A program made the translations under genes and the position numbers. The notes under the pieces are model-generated. The model was not told where the DNA came from. It was given only the letters and a program-made list of their open reading frames with translations, and searched no databases. 58,795 bases of DNA, from NCBI GenBank assembly GCA_041662645.1, contig JBAZSA010000001.1, forward strand, positions 1 through 58,795, given 5' to 3'. Positions 1 through 9,344 of the stretch are shown in pieces (position 1 is the first letter of the stretch; each line of letters opens with the position of its first letter). Source of the DNA: Desulfurivibrionaceae bacterium. GTDB taxonomy: Bacteria; Desulfobacterota; Desulfobulbia; Desulfobulbales; Desulfurivibrionaceae.

Positions 1-402
1 GTCACCTACATTGATAATGCCGTGGATGCTTTTGTCCTGGCGGCGAGAAACCTGCATGGCACGGCCTCGGGGGCAGGGAAACCCTATTTTATCTCCCAGG
101 GCGAGCCGGTCAATCTCTGGAACTGGCTCAACAAGTTTTTCAGGCGGCTTGATATCCCCATTGTCGAGGAAAGCGTCCCTTTTCAAAAGGCGTACCTGAT
201 GGGGATGCTCATGGAAAAGGCTTTTCCTCTCGCGAGGATCAAGCGGGAGCCCTGCATGACCCGGTTTCTTGCCGTGCAACTGGCAAAATCCCATTGGTTC
301 TCCATCGAGAACGCCAACCGGGATCTTGGCTATTTTCCCAAGGTCTCGACGGCTGAGGGGATCAACGCCATCCTGCAATGGGTGAGCAAGAACGCGCTGT
401 AG
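1..402 (+). CDS. 3' part of NAD-dependent epimerase/3-beta-hydroxysteroid dehydrogenase family protein (OleD-like); 5' end outside the window
   Basis: Frame is open from base 1 (VTYIDNAVDAFVLAA...GKPYFISQGEP...HWFSIENANRDLGYFP), typical of the C-terminus of extended SDR/3-beta-HSD proteins. Confidence 0.75.
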   Translation, partial: VTYIDNAVDAFVLAARNLHGTASGAGKPYFISQGEPVNLWNWLNKFFRRLDIPIVEESVPFQKAYLMGMLMEKAFPLARIKREPCMTRFLAVQLAKSHWFSIENANRDLGYFPKVSTAEGINAILQWVSKNAL

Positions 403-549
403 AAGTTTGCTTATTTTTCTTTGGAAAACCATTTTCCCTGCATCTTGATTCCTTTTTTAACCGCATGTGGCTGCATGGGGTTCCCCCAATCACGGCAATA
501 TCCGGCAGCTTGTGCCCTGTTCCGCAGTGCTAATGCTTTGTGTCACGCA

Positions 550-1872
550 TCATTCTCTTTGTTTGGCAACGGTTCGTTGCTCGGCGCGCAACGCGGTCTG
601 TCTACCGCGGACTGCCTGCACGTTTGCGAGCAGGATCAGGCCGAGAACGAAGTAGCTGCCTGTGAGCAGCAGGGCGCGCCGATGGTCGCCCCCGGTCAGC
701 CAGGTGATGACCCCGTAGGTGAGCGGTCCGGCGATGGCGGAGAGTTTCACCGCCAGGCCCCAGAACCCGTAGAACTCAGCAAGGCGGGAGGGCGGAGTCA
801 GCACCCCCACAAAGGCGCGTCCGGCGGACTGCGAGGCGCCCAGGCATATGCCGGCGAGATTCGCCGCAGCCCAGAATAGCGTCGGATTGCGGGCTGCCCA
901 GGCCAGCAGGATGGCCATGATCCACCCCGTCAGGGTCAGCGCGATGGCCGGGACATGGCCTATGCGGTCCTCCAGATGGCCGAACAGGAAGGCGCCGAGG
1001 GCAGCGGTGATATTGACCACCAGCACCAGCAGCAGAATCCGCTGCGTGGTGAAGTGCATCGCCTCTACGGCATAGATGGCGGTAAGGGCGATTACCGCCT
1101 GAATCCCGGCTTGGTAAAATAGACTACACAGCAGGAAGCGGCGTAGGTCGGCGAATTGCCGCAATCGGCGCCAGATGTGCCATGCCTCCATCCACGTATC
1201 TCGGAGCTGGATGTCTTGCCCGGCGCGCGGCACGGCGCGCTCGCGCAAGAGCAGGAAGGTCGGCAGGCTGGCCAGGGCAAACATCCCGGCGGTGATCAGC
1301 ATGGTTACCGGCACGAATTGATCCTGGGTCTGGCCTTGCGCCTCGGCCCACATGACATAAAGCAGGCACAACCCAAGGGTGGCCAAGCCGCCGAGGTATC
1401 CGAGGCTCCACCCCCAGCCGGAGACCCTGCCCAAGGCGCGGGTGCGAGCGATTTCCGGCAGAAACGCCGCGATCAGGTTCTCGCCGCTGCCGAAAAAGAA
1501 GTTGGATGCGATCACGCATCCGATGGCAAACCACAGGGTTTCCGGCTGGGCAAAATAGAGCAGCGCGGTGAACAGCACGCAGCCTGCGGTGGTGATTGCC
1601 AGCAGCCGCTTTTTTGCCGCGTGGCGGTCGGCCCAGGCGCCGAGCAGGGGAGCGCTCGCCACGATCAGCGCGTGGGACACGGACAGGGCGGCGGTCCAGA
1701 CGAGGGTAGCCCAAGGAGCATCGCCCGCAACCACCGTTACGAAATAGGCATTGAACAACGCGGTGACGACCACCGTGGTGTAGCCGGAATTGGCGAAATC
1801 GTACATCGCCCAGGCCCAGAGCTCATTTGGTTTGACATCGGAACGCAGTATTGCCCTGAGATGGAGTGACAT
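550..1872 (-). CDS. MFS transporter (UMF1/ATG22-like)
   Basis: 440 aa, about 12 hydrophobic helices, N-terminal WAMYDFANS motif. Confidence 0.85.
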   Translation of the reverse strand: MSLHLRAILRSDVKPNELWAWAMYDFANSGYTTVVVTALFNAYFVTVVAGDAPWATLVWTAALSVSHALIVASAPLLGAWADRHAAKKRLLAITTAGCVLFTALLYFAQPETLWFAIGCVIASNFFFGSGENLIAAFLPEIARTRALGRVSGWGWSLGYLGGLATLGLCLLYVMWAEAQGQTQDQFVPVTMLITAGMFALASLPTFLLLRERAVPRAGQDIQLRDTWMEAWHIWRRLRQFADLRRFLLCSLFYQAGIQAVIALTAIYAVEAMHFTTQRILLLVLVVNITAALGAFLFGHLEDRIGHVPAIALTLTGWIMAILLAWAARNPTLFWAAANLAGICLGASQSAGRAFVGVLTPPSRLAEFYGFWGLAVKLSAIAGPLTYGVITWLTGGDHRRALLLTGSYFVLGLILLANVQAVRGRQTALRAEQRTVAKQRE

Positions 1873-1887
1873 TATGTGCGCCTCAAT

Positions 1888-2673
1888 TCAGAGGATCCGG
1901 CGTCGTTTCAAGTGCCGCACCACCCAATATGCACTCAGTGCGGCAAGGAGGTGTTTTACCGTGTGTCCGCTGACCACATCGGTCAGCACGGCAATCCGGT
2001 GATCGGTGAAATCGCAGAACAAAGCCAGCAGGTAGAGACCGATGACCGTCAGGATATCCCGGTCGCCGCTGTAGCGCGGCGGATAAAACCGGAGCAGCAG
2101 CGGGGTCAGCAGCATCGGCAAGAGCTGAATCAGGCCATAGGCGCGCAGGTCGCCTTGTCCATGCGTTTCGCTCCAGCCCCAGTAGGCGACACTGCCCAGC
2201 CCGGCCGCGAGCAACAGCGGCAGTAGGCGCAAGCCGGTACCGAGGCCGATGCGTTCGCAGAGGATCGCAGCGAACCAGGACATGAGCGCCAGGGTAATCG
2301 CGGCCCGATCCCACACCAGCCGAGGGTTGTCCGGGGCAAGATGATAATATGCCGAGCCGAGGCCGGTGAGGATGACCGCGAAAAAGAACAATGCGTAAGG
2401 CAGCGCCTCGCGCTGCTCCCGAAAGGCTTGGCGTCTCGCCCCGCTGAGTAAAAAATGCAGACCGGCCAATCCTGCCAGGATAATGAGGGCATTGGAACCG
2501 GTGTTGAGACAATTGGGTATGCCGAGGCAGGCACCTTGGTCGGCAAAATTATGGTATTGCACTGGCTGCGGGATGCGCGGCAGCATCCATGCCAGAATGG
2601 CCAGCGTTGCCATGAGCAGCCAGAGGCCGAATGCCCTGGCGTGTGGCCTCTGGTATCTTGATCCGTTCATCAC
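1888..2673 (-). CDS. Alkaline phytoceramidase-like (CREST superfamily) membrane protein
   Basis: Multi-TM; motifs YHNFAD, SN, GSAYYH, WDR and SGHTVKH (SxxxH and HxxxH metal ligands). Confidence 0.75.
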   Translation of the reverse strand: MMNGSRYQRPHARAFGLWLLMATLAILAWMLPRIPQPVQYHNFADQGACLGIPNCLNTGSNALIILAGLAGLHFLLSGARRQAFREQREALPYALFFFAVILTGLGSAYYHLAPDNPRLVWDRAAITLALMSWFAAILCERIGLGTGLRLLPLLLAAGLGSVAYWGWSETHGQGDLRAYGLIQLLPMLLTPLLLRFYPPRYSGDRDILTVIGLYLLALFCDFTDHRIAVLTDVVSGHTVKHLLAALSAYWVVRHLKRRRIL

Positions 2674-3089
2674 GCCACATGCGCCTCTTTTAGTTTCCGG
2701 CCCAGAATCTTGTCAATGGGGTGATTTGTGAAAGGTTCCCCGGAATTTCATCTGCTTCGGAATCTTTTGCGCGGTGGTAAAGACTGGATGTGCGTGGAAC
2801 TGTTCGCAACTCTGCACGCGTATGTTCCCGCGCCGGGTGAGGATGCAGGGAAGAAGGAAATCGTTTTTTCAGTTGGGAATGAAAAGTCGGGGAAAATCCG
2901 GATCGTCCCCAACCTCTTGCCTTTTTTTATCGTGAGCTGGTGATCCCTGTCAAGCACATAACCGGCAGAAGTTCCGTCAGTTTTGCAGGGACGAGCGGAA
3001 ATTTTCCGGTTCCGGTCCGGGGAAAATGTCTCTTCCGGTTTGTTTCACGATCTATTCCGGAATAATTCTTGAAATCGTCAAAAAATATC

Positions 3090-3138
3090 TTGCAGAGAAT
3101 ATCTATTTTTCATAATGTGACCGCCTGGTCATATTATG
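3090..3138 (+). promoter_or_regulatory. Putative sigma70 promoter with overlapping inverted-repeat operator upstream of tetR-mqn operon
   Basis: TTGCAG (3090-3095)-17 nt-TAATGT (3113-3118); inverted repeat CATAATGTGACC-gcct-GGTCATATTATG (3111-3138, 11/12 match) covers the -10 box and the ATG. Confidence 0.6.
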
Positions 3139-3807
3139 GATACCCAACTTGCGCAGCCCAAACAGACCTTCGTGAACCTGCCGCCTGAAAAGCGCGAAAA
3201 CATCGTGCGTGCGGCGGTTGCCGAGTTTGCCGCCCAAGGGTATCAGCGGGCAAGCCTCAATAATATCGTCAAGCAGCTGGGGATATCCAAGGGCTCGCTC
3301 TACCAGTATTTCGACAATAAGGAAGCCCTGTTCCTGCATGTGTTTGATCACTTTACCGAGCAGGTGAAGCGGTATGTCAAGGCCTCGGTCACGGGCAATG
3401 GCCGGGATGATTTTTTTACCGTGGCCAGGCAGGTTTTGCTCGCCGGCATAGCCTTTATCGACAGCCACCCGGAATATTTTCAGGTGTATCTCAAGGTGCT
3501 GTTCGAACGGGATGTGCCCCGCCGGGAGGAACTGGTGGCCAGGGTCCGCCTTTTTTCCCTGGAATATTTCGGGCCGCTGGCTGACCAGGCCATGGACCAG
3601 GGGGTGTTGCGCAGCGATATCCCTCCGCACAAGGTGGTTTTTATCCTGGATGCGATGCTGGATCGCTTCCTGCAAGGATATGCCCAGCCGTATCTCGACG
3701 GCGGGTTGGCGCTGGCCGGGATGTCCACCGATCGGCTGCATGATGAAATTGACAGTATGGTTGCGGTGCTGCGCACCGGGTTGCAACCGTCAGGAATTGG
3801 AGAATAA
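3136..3807 (+). CDS. TetR/AcrR family transcriptional regulator
   Basis: N-terminal HTH: EFAAQGYQRASLNNIVKQLGISKGSLYQYFDNKEAL. Confidence 0.92.
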   Translation: MDTQLAQPKQTFVNLPPEKRENIVRAAVAEFAAQGYQRASLNNIVKQLGISKGSLYQYFDNKEALFLHVFDHFTEQVKRYVKASVTGNGRDDFFTVARQVLLAGIAFIDSHPEYFQVYLKVLFERDVPRREELVARVRLFSLEYFGPLADQAMDQGVLRSDIPPHKVVFILDAMLDRFLQGYAQPYLDGGLALAGMSTDRLHDEIDSMVAVLRTGLQPSGIGE

Positions 3808-3810
3808 GTA

Positions 3811-4905
3811 ATGGAACAGATGGTGGTTGCCGCAGGGCTTGGGGATATTCTGGAGAAGGTCAGGGCGGGCGAGCGGCTCAGCTCCGAGGATGGGGTGCGG
3901 TTGTACAAAACCAATGATATCCTGGCGGTGGGCTATCTGGCCAACTTGGTGCGGGAACGGCTCAACGGCGATCGCGCCTATTTCATCTACAACCAGCACG
4001 TCAATTACTCGAATATCTGCACCAATCTCTGTAAGTTCTGCGCCTTTGGCAAGGACAAGGAATCGCCCCAGGCCTATGAGATGACTGTGGAGCAGGTCAA
4101 GGCCAAGGTTCGGGAGCGGCTGGCCGAGCCCATCACCGAGGTGCATGTGGTGGGCGGCATTCACCCGGATCTGCCGTACCAGTATTATCTGGACATGCTG
4201 CGCGGCATCAAGGAGGTGCGGCCCGAAATCCACATCCAGGCCTTTACCTGCGTGGAGATCGCCCACCTGGCGACCCTGGCTGGAAAATCCGTGACCGAGA
4301 CCCTCAAGGAACTGGTTGCTGCCGGGCTTGGCTCGATTCCGGGCGGCGGGGCCGAGGTGTTCAGCCCCCGGATCAGGCAGCGCACCTGCGAGAAGAAGCT
4401 TTCCGGCGAGGGGTGGCTCGAGGTTGCCAAGTCGGCGCACCGGATCGGCTTAAAAAGCAACGCCACCATGCTCTACGGCCACATCGAAACCATGGAGGAG
4501 CGGGTCGAACATCTTGCCGCCCTCCGCGCGGCCCAGGATGAAACCGGCGGCTTTCTCACCTTTATCCCCCTGGCCTTCCACCCGAAGAACACCGAAATGC
4601 ACGAACTGGCCAAGACCAGCGGGATCGACGATCTCAAGAACATCGCGGTGGCCCGTTGTTTTCTCGACAACTTTCCGCACATCAAGGCCTACTGGGTGAT
4701 GATCGGTCCCAAGCTGGCCCAGATCGCCCTCTCCTTCGGCGCGGACGATGTGGACGGCACGGTCAAGGAGGAGCTGATCACCCACATGGCCGGCGGTGAG
4801 GCGGGCGGGGCCATGGCCGACACCGAGCTGATCCGGCTGATCCGGGATGCCGGACGGCAACCGGTGGAACGGGACACCTTGTACAACGTTATAAAAGAGT
4901 ATTAA
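3811..4905 (+). CDS. mqnE: Aminofutalosine synthase (radical SAM, CofH/MqnE family)
   Basis: CTNLCKFC radical-SAM motif, PGGGAE, HIKAYW; in an operon with mqnC and mqnA. Confidence 0.88.
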   Translation: MEQMVVAAGLGDILEKVRAGERLSSEDGVRLYKTNDILAVGYLANLVRERLNGDRAYFIYNQHVNYSNICTNLCKFCAFGKDKESPQAYEMTVEQVKAKVRERLAEPITEVHVVGGIHPDLPYQYYLDMLRGIKEVRPEIHIQAFTCVEIAHLATLAGKSVTETLKELVAAGLGSIPGGGAEVFSPRIRQRTCEKKLSGEGWLEVAKSAHRIGLKSNATMLYGHIETMEERVEHLAALRAAQDETGGFLTFIPLAFHPKNTEMHELAKTSGIDDLKNIAVARCFLDNFPHIKAYWVMIGPKLAQIALSFGADDVDGTVKEELITHMAGGEAGGAMADTELIRLIRDAGRQPVERDTLYNVIKEY

Positions 4906-4910
4906 TAGCC

Positions 4911-5966
4911 ATGGATATCAATCGGATTACGGAAAAGTCCCTGGCCGGCGAGCGGATTACGGCGGACGAGGGGTTGGCCCTTTTGGAACACGGTGACCTC
5001 TACCAGTTGGGCTTCCTGGCCAACGCCATCCGCAGGCAAAAACACCCGGAGCCCATGGTCACCTATGTGGTCGACCGCAACATCAACTACACCGACATCT
5101 GCATCTCCGCCTGCAAGTTCTGCGCGTTTTTCAAAGCGCCGGAAGACCCGGCCGGATCGGTGCTCTCCTTTGATGAGCTTGGCGAAAAAATATTGGAAAC
5201 CAAGGCGCTGGGCGGCACCCAAATTTTGCTTCAGGGCGGGCTCCACCCGGACAAGCCCCTGGAGTTTTATGAGGAGATGCTCCGCTTCATCAAGGGGCAC
5301 GGCATCCATATCCACGGGTTTTCCCCGCCGGAGGTCTGCCATTTCGCCACCCTGTCCTCCCTGCCGGTGCGGGAGGTTCTGATCCGGTTGCAGCAGGCCG
5401 GCCTTGATTCCATTCCCGGCGGCGGGGCGGAGATCCTCTGCGACCGGGTGCGGCAGGAAACCGCGCCGCGCAAATGCTCCACCGATGCCTGGCTCGGGGT
5501 TATGGAAGAGGCGCACCACCTGGGGATGCGCACCACCGCGACCATGATGTTCGGGCATCTGGAAACCCTGGCCGAACGGGTTGAACATCTTTCGCGGGTA
5601 CGCGACCTGCAGGACAAAACCGGCGGCTTCACCGCTTTTATCCCCTGGCCCTTTCAGCCCGACAACACGGCGCTTTCCCATCTCCCCAAAACCACGGCGT
5701 TTCAGTATTTGAAGATGCTGGCGCTGTCGCGGATCTTTCTCGATAATATCGACAACATCCAGGCCTCCTGGGTGACCCAGGGGCCCAAGATCGCCCAGCT
5801 TTCCCTCTTTTTCGGGGCCAATGATTTCGGCAGCACCATGATTGAGGAGAACGTGGTGGCTGCGGCAGGGGTGGGGTTCCGCCTCTCCGAGCAGGAGATT
5901 CGCACTTTGGTGGAAGGCGCCGGTTGTGTGCCCAGGCAGCGCAGAATGGATTACTCCTTGGTGTAG
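4911..5966 (+). CDS. mqnC: Cyclic dehypoxanthinyl futalosine synthase
   Basis: DRNINYT, CISACKFC, NIQASWVTQG, GSTMIEENVV motifs. Confidence 0.92.
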   Translation: MDINRITEKSLAGERITADEGLALLEHGDLYQLGFLANAIRRQKHPEPMVTYVVDRNINYTDICISACKFCAFFKAPEDPAGSVLSFDELGEKILETKALGGTQILLQGGLHPDKPLEFYEEMLRFIKGHGIHIHGFSPPEVCHFATLSSLPVREVLIRLQQAGLDSIPGGGAEILCDRVRQETAPRKCSTDAWLGVMEEAHHLGMRTTATMMFGHLETLAERVEHLSRVRDLQDKTGGFTAFIPWPFQPDNTALSHLPKTTAFQYLKMLALSRIFLDNIDNIQASWVTQGPKIAQLSLFFGANDFGSTMIEENVVAAAGVGFRLSEQEIRTLVEGAGCVPRQRRMDYSLV

Positions 5967-5967
5967 A

Positions 5968-7176
5968 ATGCAGGAATACCCACGATATCTCTACCGGGCG
6001 CCCTTTGTTGTCACGGGCAATGGCCCGGTCATCGCCGACGGCGCGGTGCTCACCGAAGACGGGCTGGTTGCGGCGGTGGGGACGTATGCTGAGCTGAAGG
6101 ATGTTGACGCGCAGCTGGAAGAGTATGACAGCCACGTCATCACCCCTCCCCTGGTGAATTGCCACGCCCATCTCGAACTCTCTCACCTGGCGGCGTTGAA
6201 TGGGGATTCCCCGAAGCCCGGCGACATGACCGGCTGGATTAGAAAGCTGCTCGCCGCCCGGGCTGCCCATGATGATGTGGCGGCACAGAATGACGCCTCG
6301 CTCATGGCCTTGGCGCGGTTATACGCCGGAGGCTGCCGTGTCGTGACCGATATTGGCAACCGTGTGGAAAGCGGTTTGATTGGCAGCGGCTTCAAGACCG
6401 AGGTGCTCTTTTTTCTTGAGTTGCTCGGGCTGTGCGGCCCCTCCGAGGCGTCGGCCCTGGCGGCCTTGGCCGGGATCGAAGCCGCTGTCCGCTGTACACC
6501 CCATGCCCCATATTCGAGCGGGCCAACACTGATTCAGGCCTTAAAAGAGAGGGCGCGGGCTGGCAACACTCTCTTTCCCCTGCATGTGGCGGAATCAACC
6601 CAGGAGATTGAATTTTTGCGCACCGGCAGCGGCCCGTTTGCTGACTTTCTCGCGGAGCGCGGGGTTGAGGTTGCGGCCTTCTCTCCGCCCGGCATGGGTC
6701 CGGTTCGTTATCTGGATTCCTTGGGGGTGCTGGATGCGCGGACCCTCTGTGTCCATGGGGTGCATGTCGAGGATGAAGAGATTGCCCTCCTGGCTGCCCG
6801 TGGGGCTGCGGTGTGCTTATGTCCCGGCAGCAACCGGTTCATGGGGGTGGGCGTGGCTCCGGTGCACAAGATGCTCGCCCAGGGGATTTCCCTGGTTCTG
6901 GGCACGGACAGCCTGGCCAGCAATCCCCATCTGAGCCTCTGGCAGGAGATGCGGGTGTTGCGGGAAGACCATCCCGGCCTCCCGCCCGAGGCGGTCTTTG
7001 CCATGGCCTCGGTCAATGGCGCGCGTCTTCTCGGGATCAAGGGCAGGCTCGGCGTTGTTGCCCCCGGGGTGTCCTCCGCGCTGCTTGCGGTGCGCTGTCC
7101 GGCGAAGAACGAGGCCGAGGCCCTTGACTATCTCACCTCGGCAGGCAGGGATATCAGCCTGGAGTGGCTTGAATAG
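5968..7176 (+). CDS. Amidohydrolase, probable aminodeoxyfutalosine deaminase
   Basis: NCHAHLEL, HAPYS, LHVAES, CVHG, LGTDS metal-binding motifs; ATG 1 nt after the mqnC stop; substrate inferred from context. Confidence 0.75.
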   Translation: MQEYPRYLYRAPFVVTGNGPVIADGAVLTEDGLVAAVGTYAELKDVDAQLEEYDSHVITPPLVNCHAHLELSHLAALNGDSPKPGDMTGWIRKLLAARAAHDDVAAQNDASLMALARLYAGGCRVVTDIGNRVESGLIGSGFKTEVLFFLELLGLCGPSEASALAALAGIEAAVRCTPHAPYSSGPTLIQALKERARAGNTLFPLHVAESTQEIEFLRTGSGPFADFLAERGVEVAAFSPPGMGPVRYLDSLGVLDARTLCVHGVHVEDEEIALLAARGAAVCLCPGSNRFMGVGVAPVHKMLAQGISLVLGTDSLASNPHLSLWQEMRVLREDHPGLPPEAVFAMASVNGARLLGIKGRLGVVAPGVSSALLAVRCPAKNEAEALDYLTSAGRDISLEWLE

Positions 7177-7177
7177 G

Positions 7178-8017
7178 ATGACGGAAATCACGGCCAGAAT
7201 CGGGATGGTGAATTACATCAACACCGCGCCCCTGTACGAGGTGTGGCGCCAGAGCGTGCAGCGTCCCGGCTGGCAGGTTACCGAGGCGCCGCCTTCGGTG
7301 CTCAACCGCATGCTCCATGCAAACGAGCTTGATCTCGGGTTTGTTTCCTCGCATGAATATGCCCTGCATCCCGAGGAGTACCGGATATTAAGCGATCTCT
7401 CCATTTCGGCCACCGGGCCGGTGGGCAGTGTTTTTCTTTTTTCGGAGGTTCCCGTTGCCCAGCTTGGGGAAAGGCTCGTTCTGCTCAGTCCCCAGTCCCA
7501 GACCTCGGTGAGCCTGGTAAGGATCATCCTGGAGGAGTTTTACCGGGTAACCCCTCGATACCGTGTTGGTCTGGTTGGGGAGATCGAGGCGCTGGAGCGT
7601 CCCGCCGCGGTGCTGGCCATAGGCGACGAGGCCTTGCGCCTGGCCGGGGAAGGCAGGTATCCCTTTCAACTGGATCTCGGGGAGGAATGGCAGGCGCGAA
7701 CCGGTCTGCCATTCGTTTTCGCGGTTTGGGCCGTGCGGGAGGATTTTTGCCGGACAGCGCCGGACACCGTTCTGGCCATCCATCAGGAACTGCGCCGATG
7801 CCTGCGCGAGGGGAAAGAGCGGTTGCGGGAGATCAGCGCCGCAGTGGCCGGGCGGGTTTCCATGGACGAGGAGTCGTGTTACAGGTATCTCCAGGGCATT
7901 GAATATGATCTGGGCAATGAAAAGCAGGAGGCGTTGAGGCGATTTTTCGGGTATCTTATCTCGCGTGGCGAGGTGCCCGCCACGGCGCTTCCCCTCAAGG
8001 TCTGCGGAACACACTAA
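7178..8017 (+). CDS. mqnA: Chorismate dehydratase (MqnA/MqnD family)
   Basis: RIGMVNYINTAP, SQTSV, LAIGDEAL, DLGEEW..TGLPFVFAVW. Confidence 0.88.
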   Translation: MTEITARIGMVNYINTAPLYEVWRQSVQRPGWQVTEAPPSVLNRMLHANELDLGFVSSHEYALHPEEYRILSDLSISATGPVGSVFLFSEVPVAQLGERLVLLSPQSQTSVSLVRIILEEFYRVTPRYRVGLVGEIEALERPAAVLAIGDEALRLAGEGRYPFQLDLGEEWQARTGLPFVFAVWAVREDFCRTAPDTVLAIHQELRRCLREGKERLREISAAVAGRVSMDEESCYRYLQGIEYDLGNEKQEALRRFFGYLISRGEVPATALPLKVCGTH

Positions 8018-8021
8018 ATAT

Positions 8022-8729
8022 ATGAAGAATCCAGACGAAAAGAAAAAATTTGTTCAGCAAAAGTTCTCCTCGATCAGCGGGAAATACGACTTTCTCAATT
8101 CGGTGCTGAGCTTCCAGATCGACCGCTATTGGCGCTGGGTCACTACCCGGGAGTTGAAGGAGTTCCCCAAGGGCGTGGTGCTTGACCTCTGCGCCGGAAC
8201 CCTGCCCCTCTCCCTGGAGTTGACCAGGCAGGCGAAACAACGCCGGGTGCTGGCCGTGGATTTTTGTGAAGACATGTTGCGGGCCGGGATGCTCCATCTT
8301 CCAGCCGATGACCGGAAAGACCGGATCGGCCCGGTGTGCGGCGACGGGGAGCAGATTCCCGTGAAAACCTCCACGGTCTGGGGAGTCACCGTGGCCTTCG
8401 GGGTCAGGAATCTGGCGAGAACCCAGCAGGGTTTGAACGAGATGCACCGGGTGCTCAAGCCCGGCGGCAAGCTGTTGATCCTCGAATTTTCCAGGCCGCA
8501 AAACCCGGTGGTCAAGCCGATCTATAATTTTTATCTCAACCGGGTGTTGCCGAAGATCGCCGGGCTTGTTTCCGGGGATACCGAGGCCTATGAGTATCTG
8601 GCCAGCTCCATCGCCGAATTCTATGCGCCGGAAGAAGTGCTGGGCATGATGCAGCAGGCCGGATTTGCCAAAACCTACCATCGGCCGCTGACCTTCGGGG
8701 TGGTGACGGTCTATGTGGGGGTAAAATGA
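8022..8729 (+). CDS. menG: Demethylmenaquinone methyltransferase (UbiE/MenG)
   Basis: YDFLNSVLS, VLDLCAGT, AFGVRN, RVLKPGG, LEFS, AYEYL. Confidence 0.88.
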   Translation: MKNPDEKKKFVQQKFSSISGKYDFLNSVLSFQIDRYWRWVTTRELKEFPKGVVLDLCAGTLPLSLELTRQAKQRRVLAVDFCEDMLRAGMLHLPADDRKDRIGPVCGDGEQIPVKTSTVWGVTVAFGVRNLARTQQGLNEMHRVLKPGGKLLILEFSRPQNPVVKPIYNFYLNRVLPKIAGLVSGDTEAYEYLASSIAEFYAPEEVLGMMQQAGFAKTYHRPLTFGVVTVYVGVK

Positions 8730-9304
8730 AGAAAATTGTCCTGGCCATAACCGGGGCCACCGGGGCGGTGTATGCCCTGGAGTTTCTCAAGATCTGCCAG
8801 GGCCTTGAAGTTGAGGTGCATGGCCTTCTCTCCGAGGCAGGAGAACAGGTGCTGGGGTTGGAGCTTGGGATGTCCCGGGCGGATCTCAACCCCTATGTGG
8901 CCAAATGGCATGATGTGCACGATTTTGCCGCGCCCATGTCCAGCGGCTCCAGCGATTTTTCCGGCATGGCGGTTCTGCCCTGCACCATGGGAAGCCTAGC
9001 CGCCATTGCCAACGGTATCTGCGGCAACCTGATCCACCGGGCCGCGGATGTCATGCTCAAGGAACGGCGCCCCCTGGTGCTGGCGGTGCGGGAAACCCCG
9101 CTGAACAAAACCCACCTCACCAATATGTTGAAGGCGCACGAGGCTGGAGCCATCATCTGCCCGCCCATGCCTGCTCTGTATCACCGGCCGCAAAGCATCG
9201 AAGAGATGGCCCGGCAGTATGCGGGCCGGGTGGCGGGATTGCTCGGCATCGAGGTTGCGGATCTGCCCAGATGGCAGGGGCTTGCCGCAGAGGAAGAGGG
9301 ATGA
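8726..9304 (+). CDS. ubiX: Flavin prenyltransferase
   Basis: ITGATG, SSGS, PCTMGSL, LKERRPLVLAVRETP; ATGA overlap with menG. Confidence 0.92.
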   Translation: MKKIVLAITGATGAVYALEFLKICQGLEVEVHGLLSEAGEQVLGLELGMSRADLNPYVAKWHDVHDFAAPMSSGSSDFSGMAVLPCTMGSLAAIANGICGNLIHRAADVMLKERRPLVLAVRETPLNKTHLTNMLKAHEAGAIICPPMPALYHRPQSIEEMARQYAGRVAGLLGIEVADLPRWQGLAAEEEG

Positions 9305-9344
9305 ACACGGTGTGCAATCGGCTTGTTGCCGGAAAGGGAAACCG

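Noticed and set aside
2700-3080. Short ORFs (2728-2943 +, 2748-2957 -) in the ceramidase/tetR spacer
   Set aside because: No convincing RBS or motifs; likely non-coding divergent promoter region
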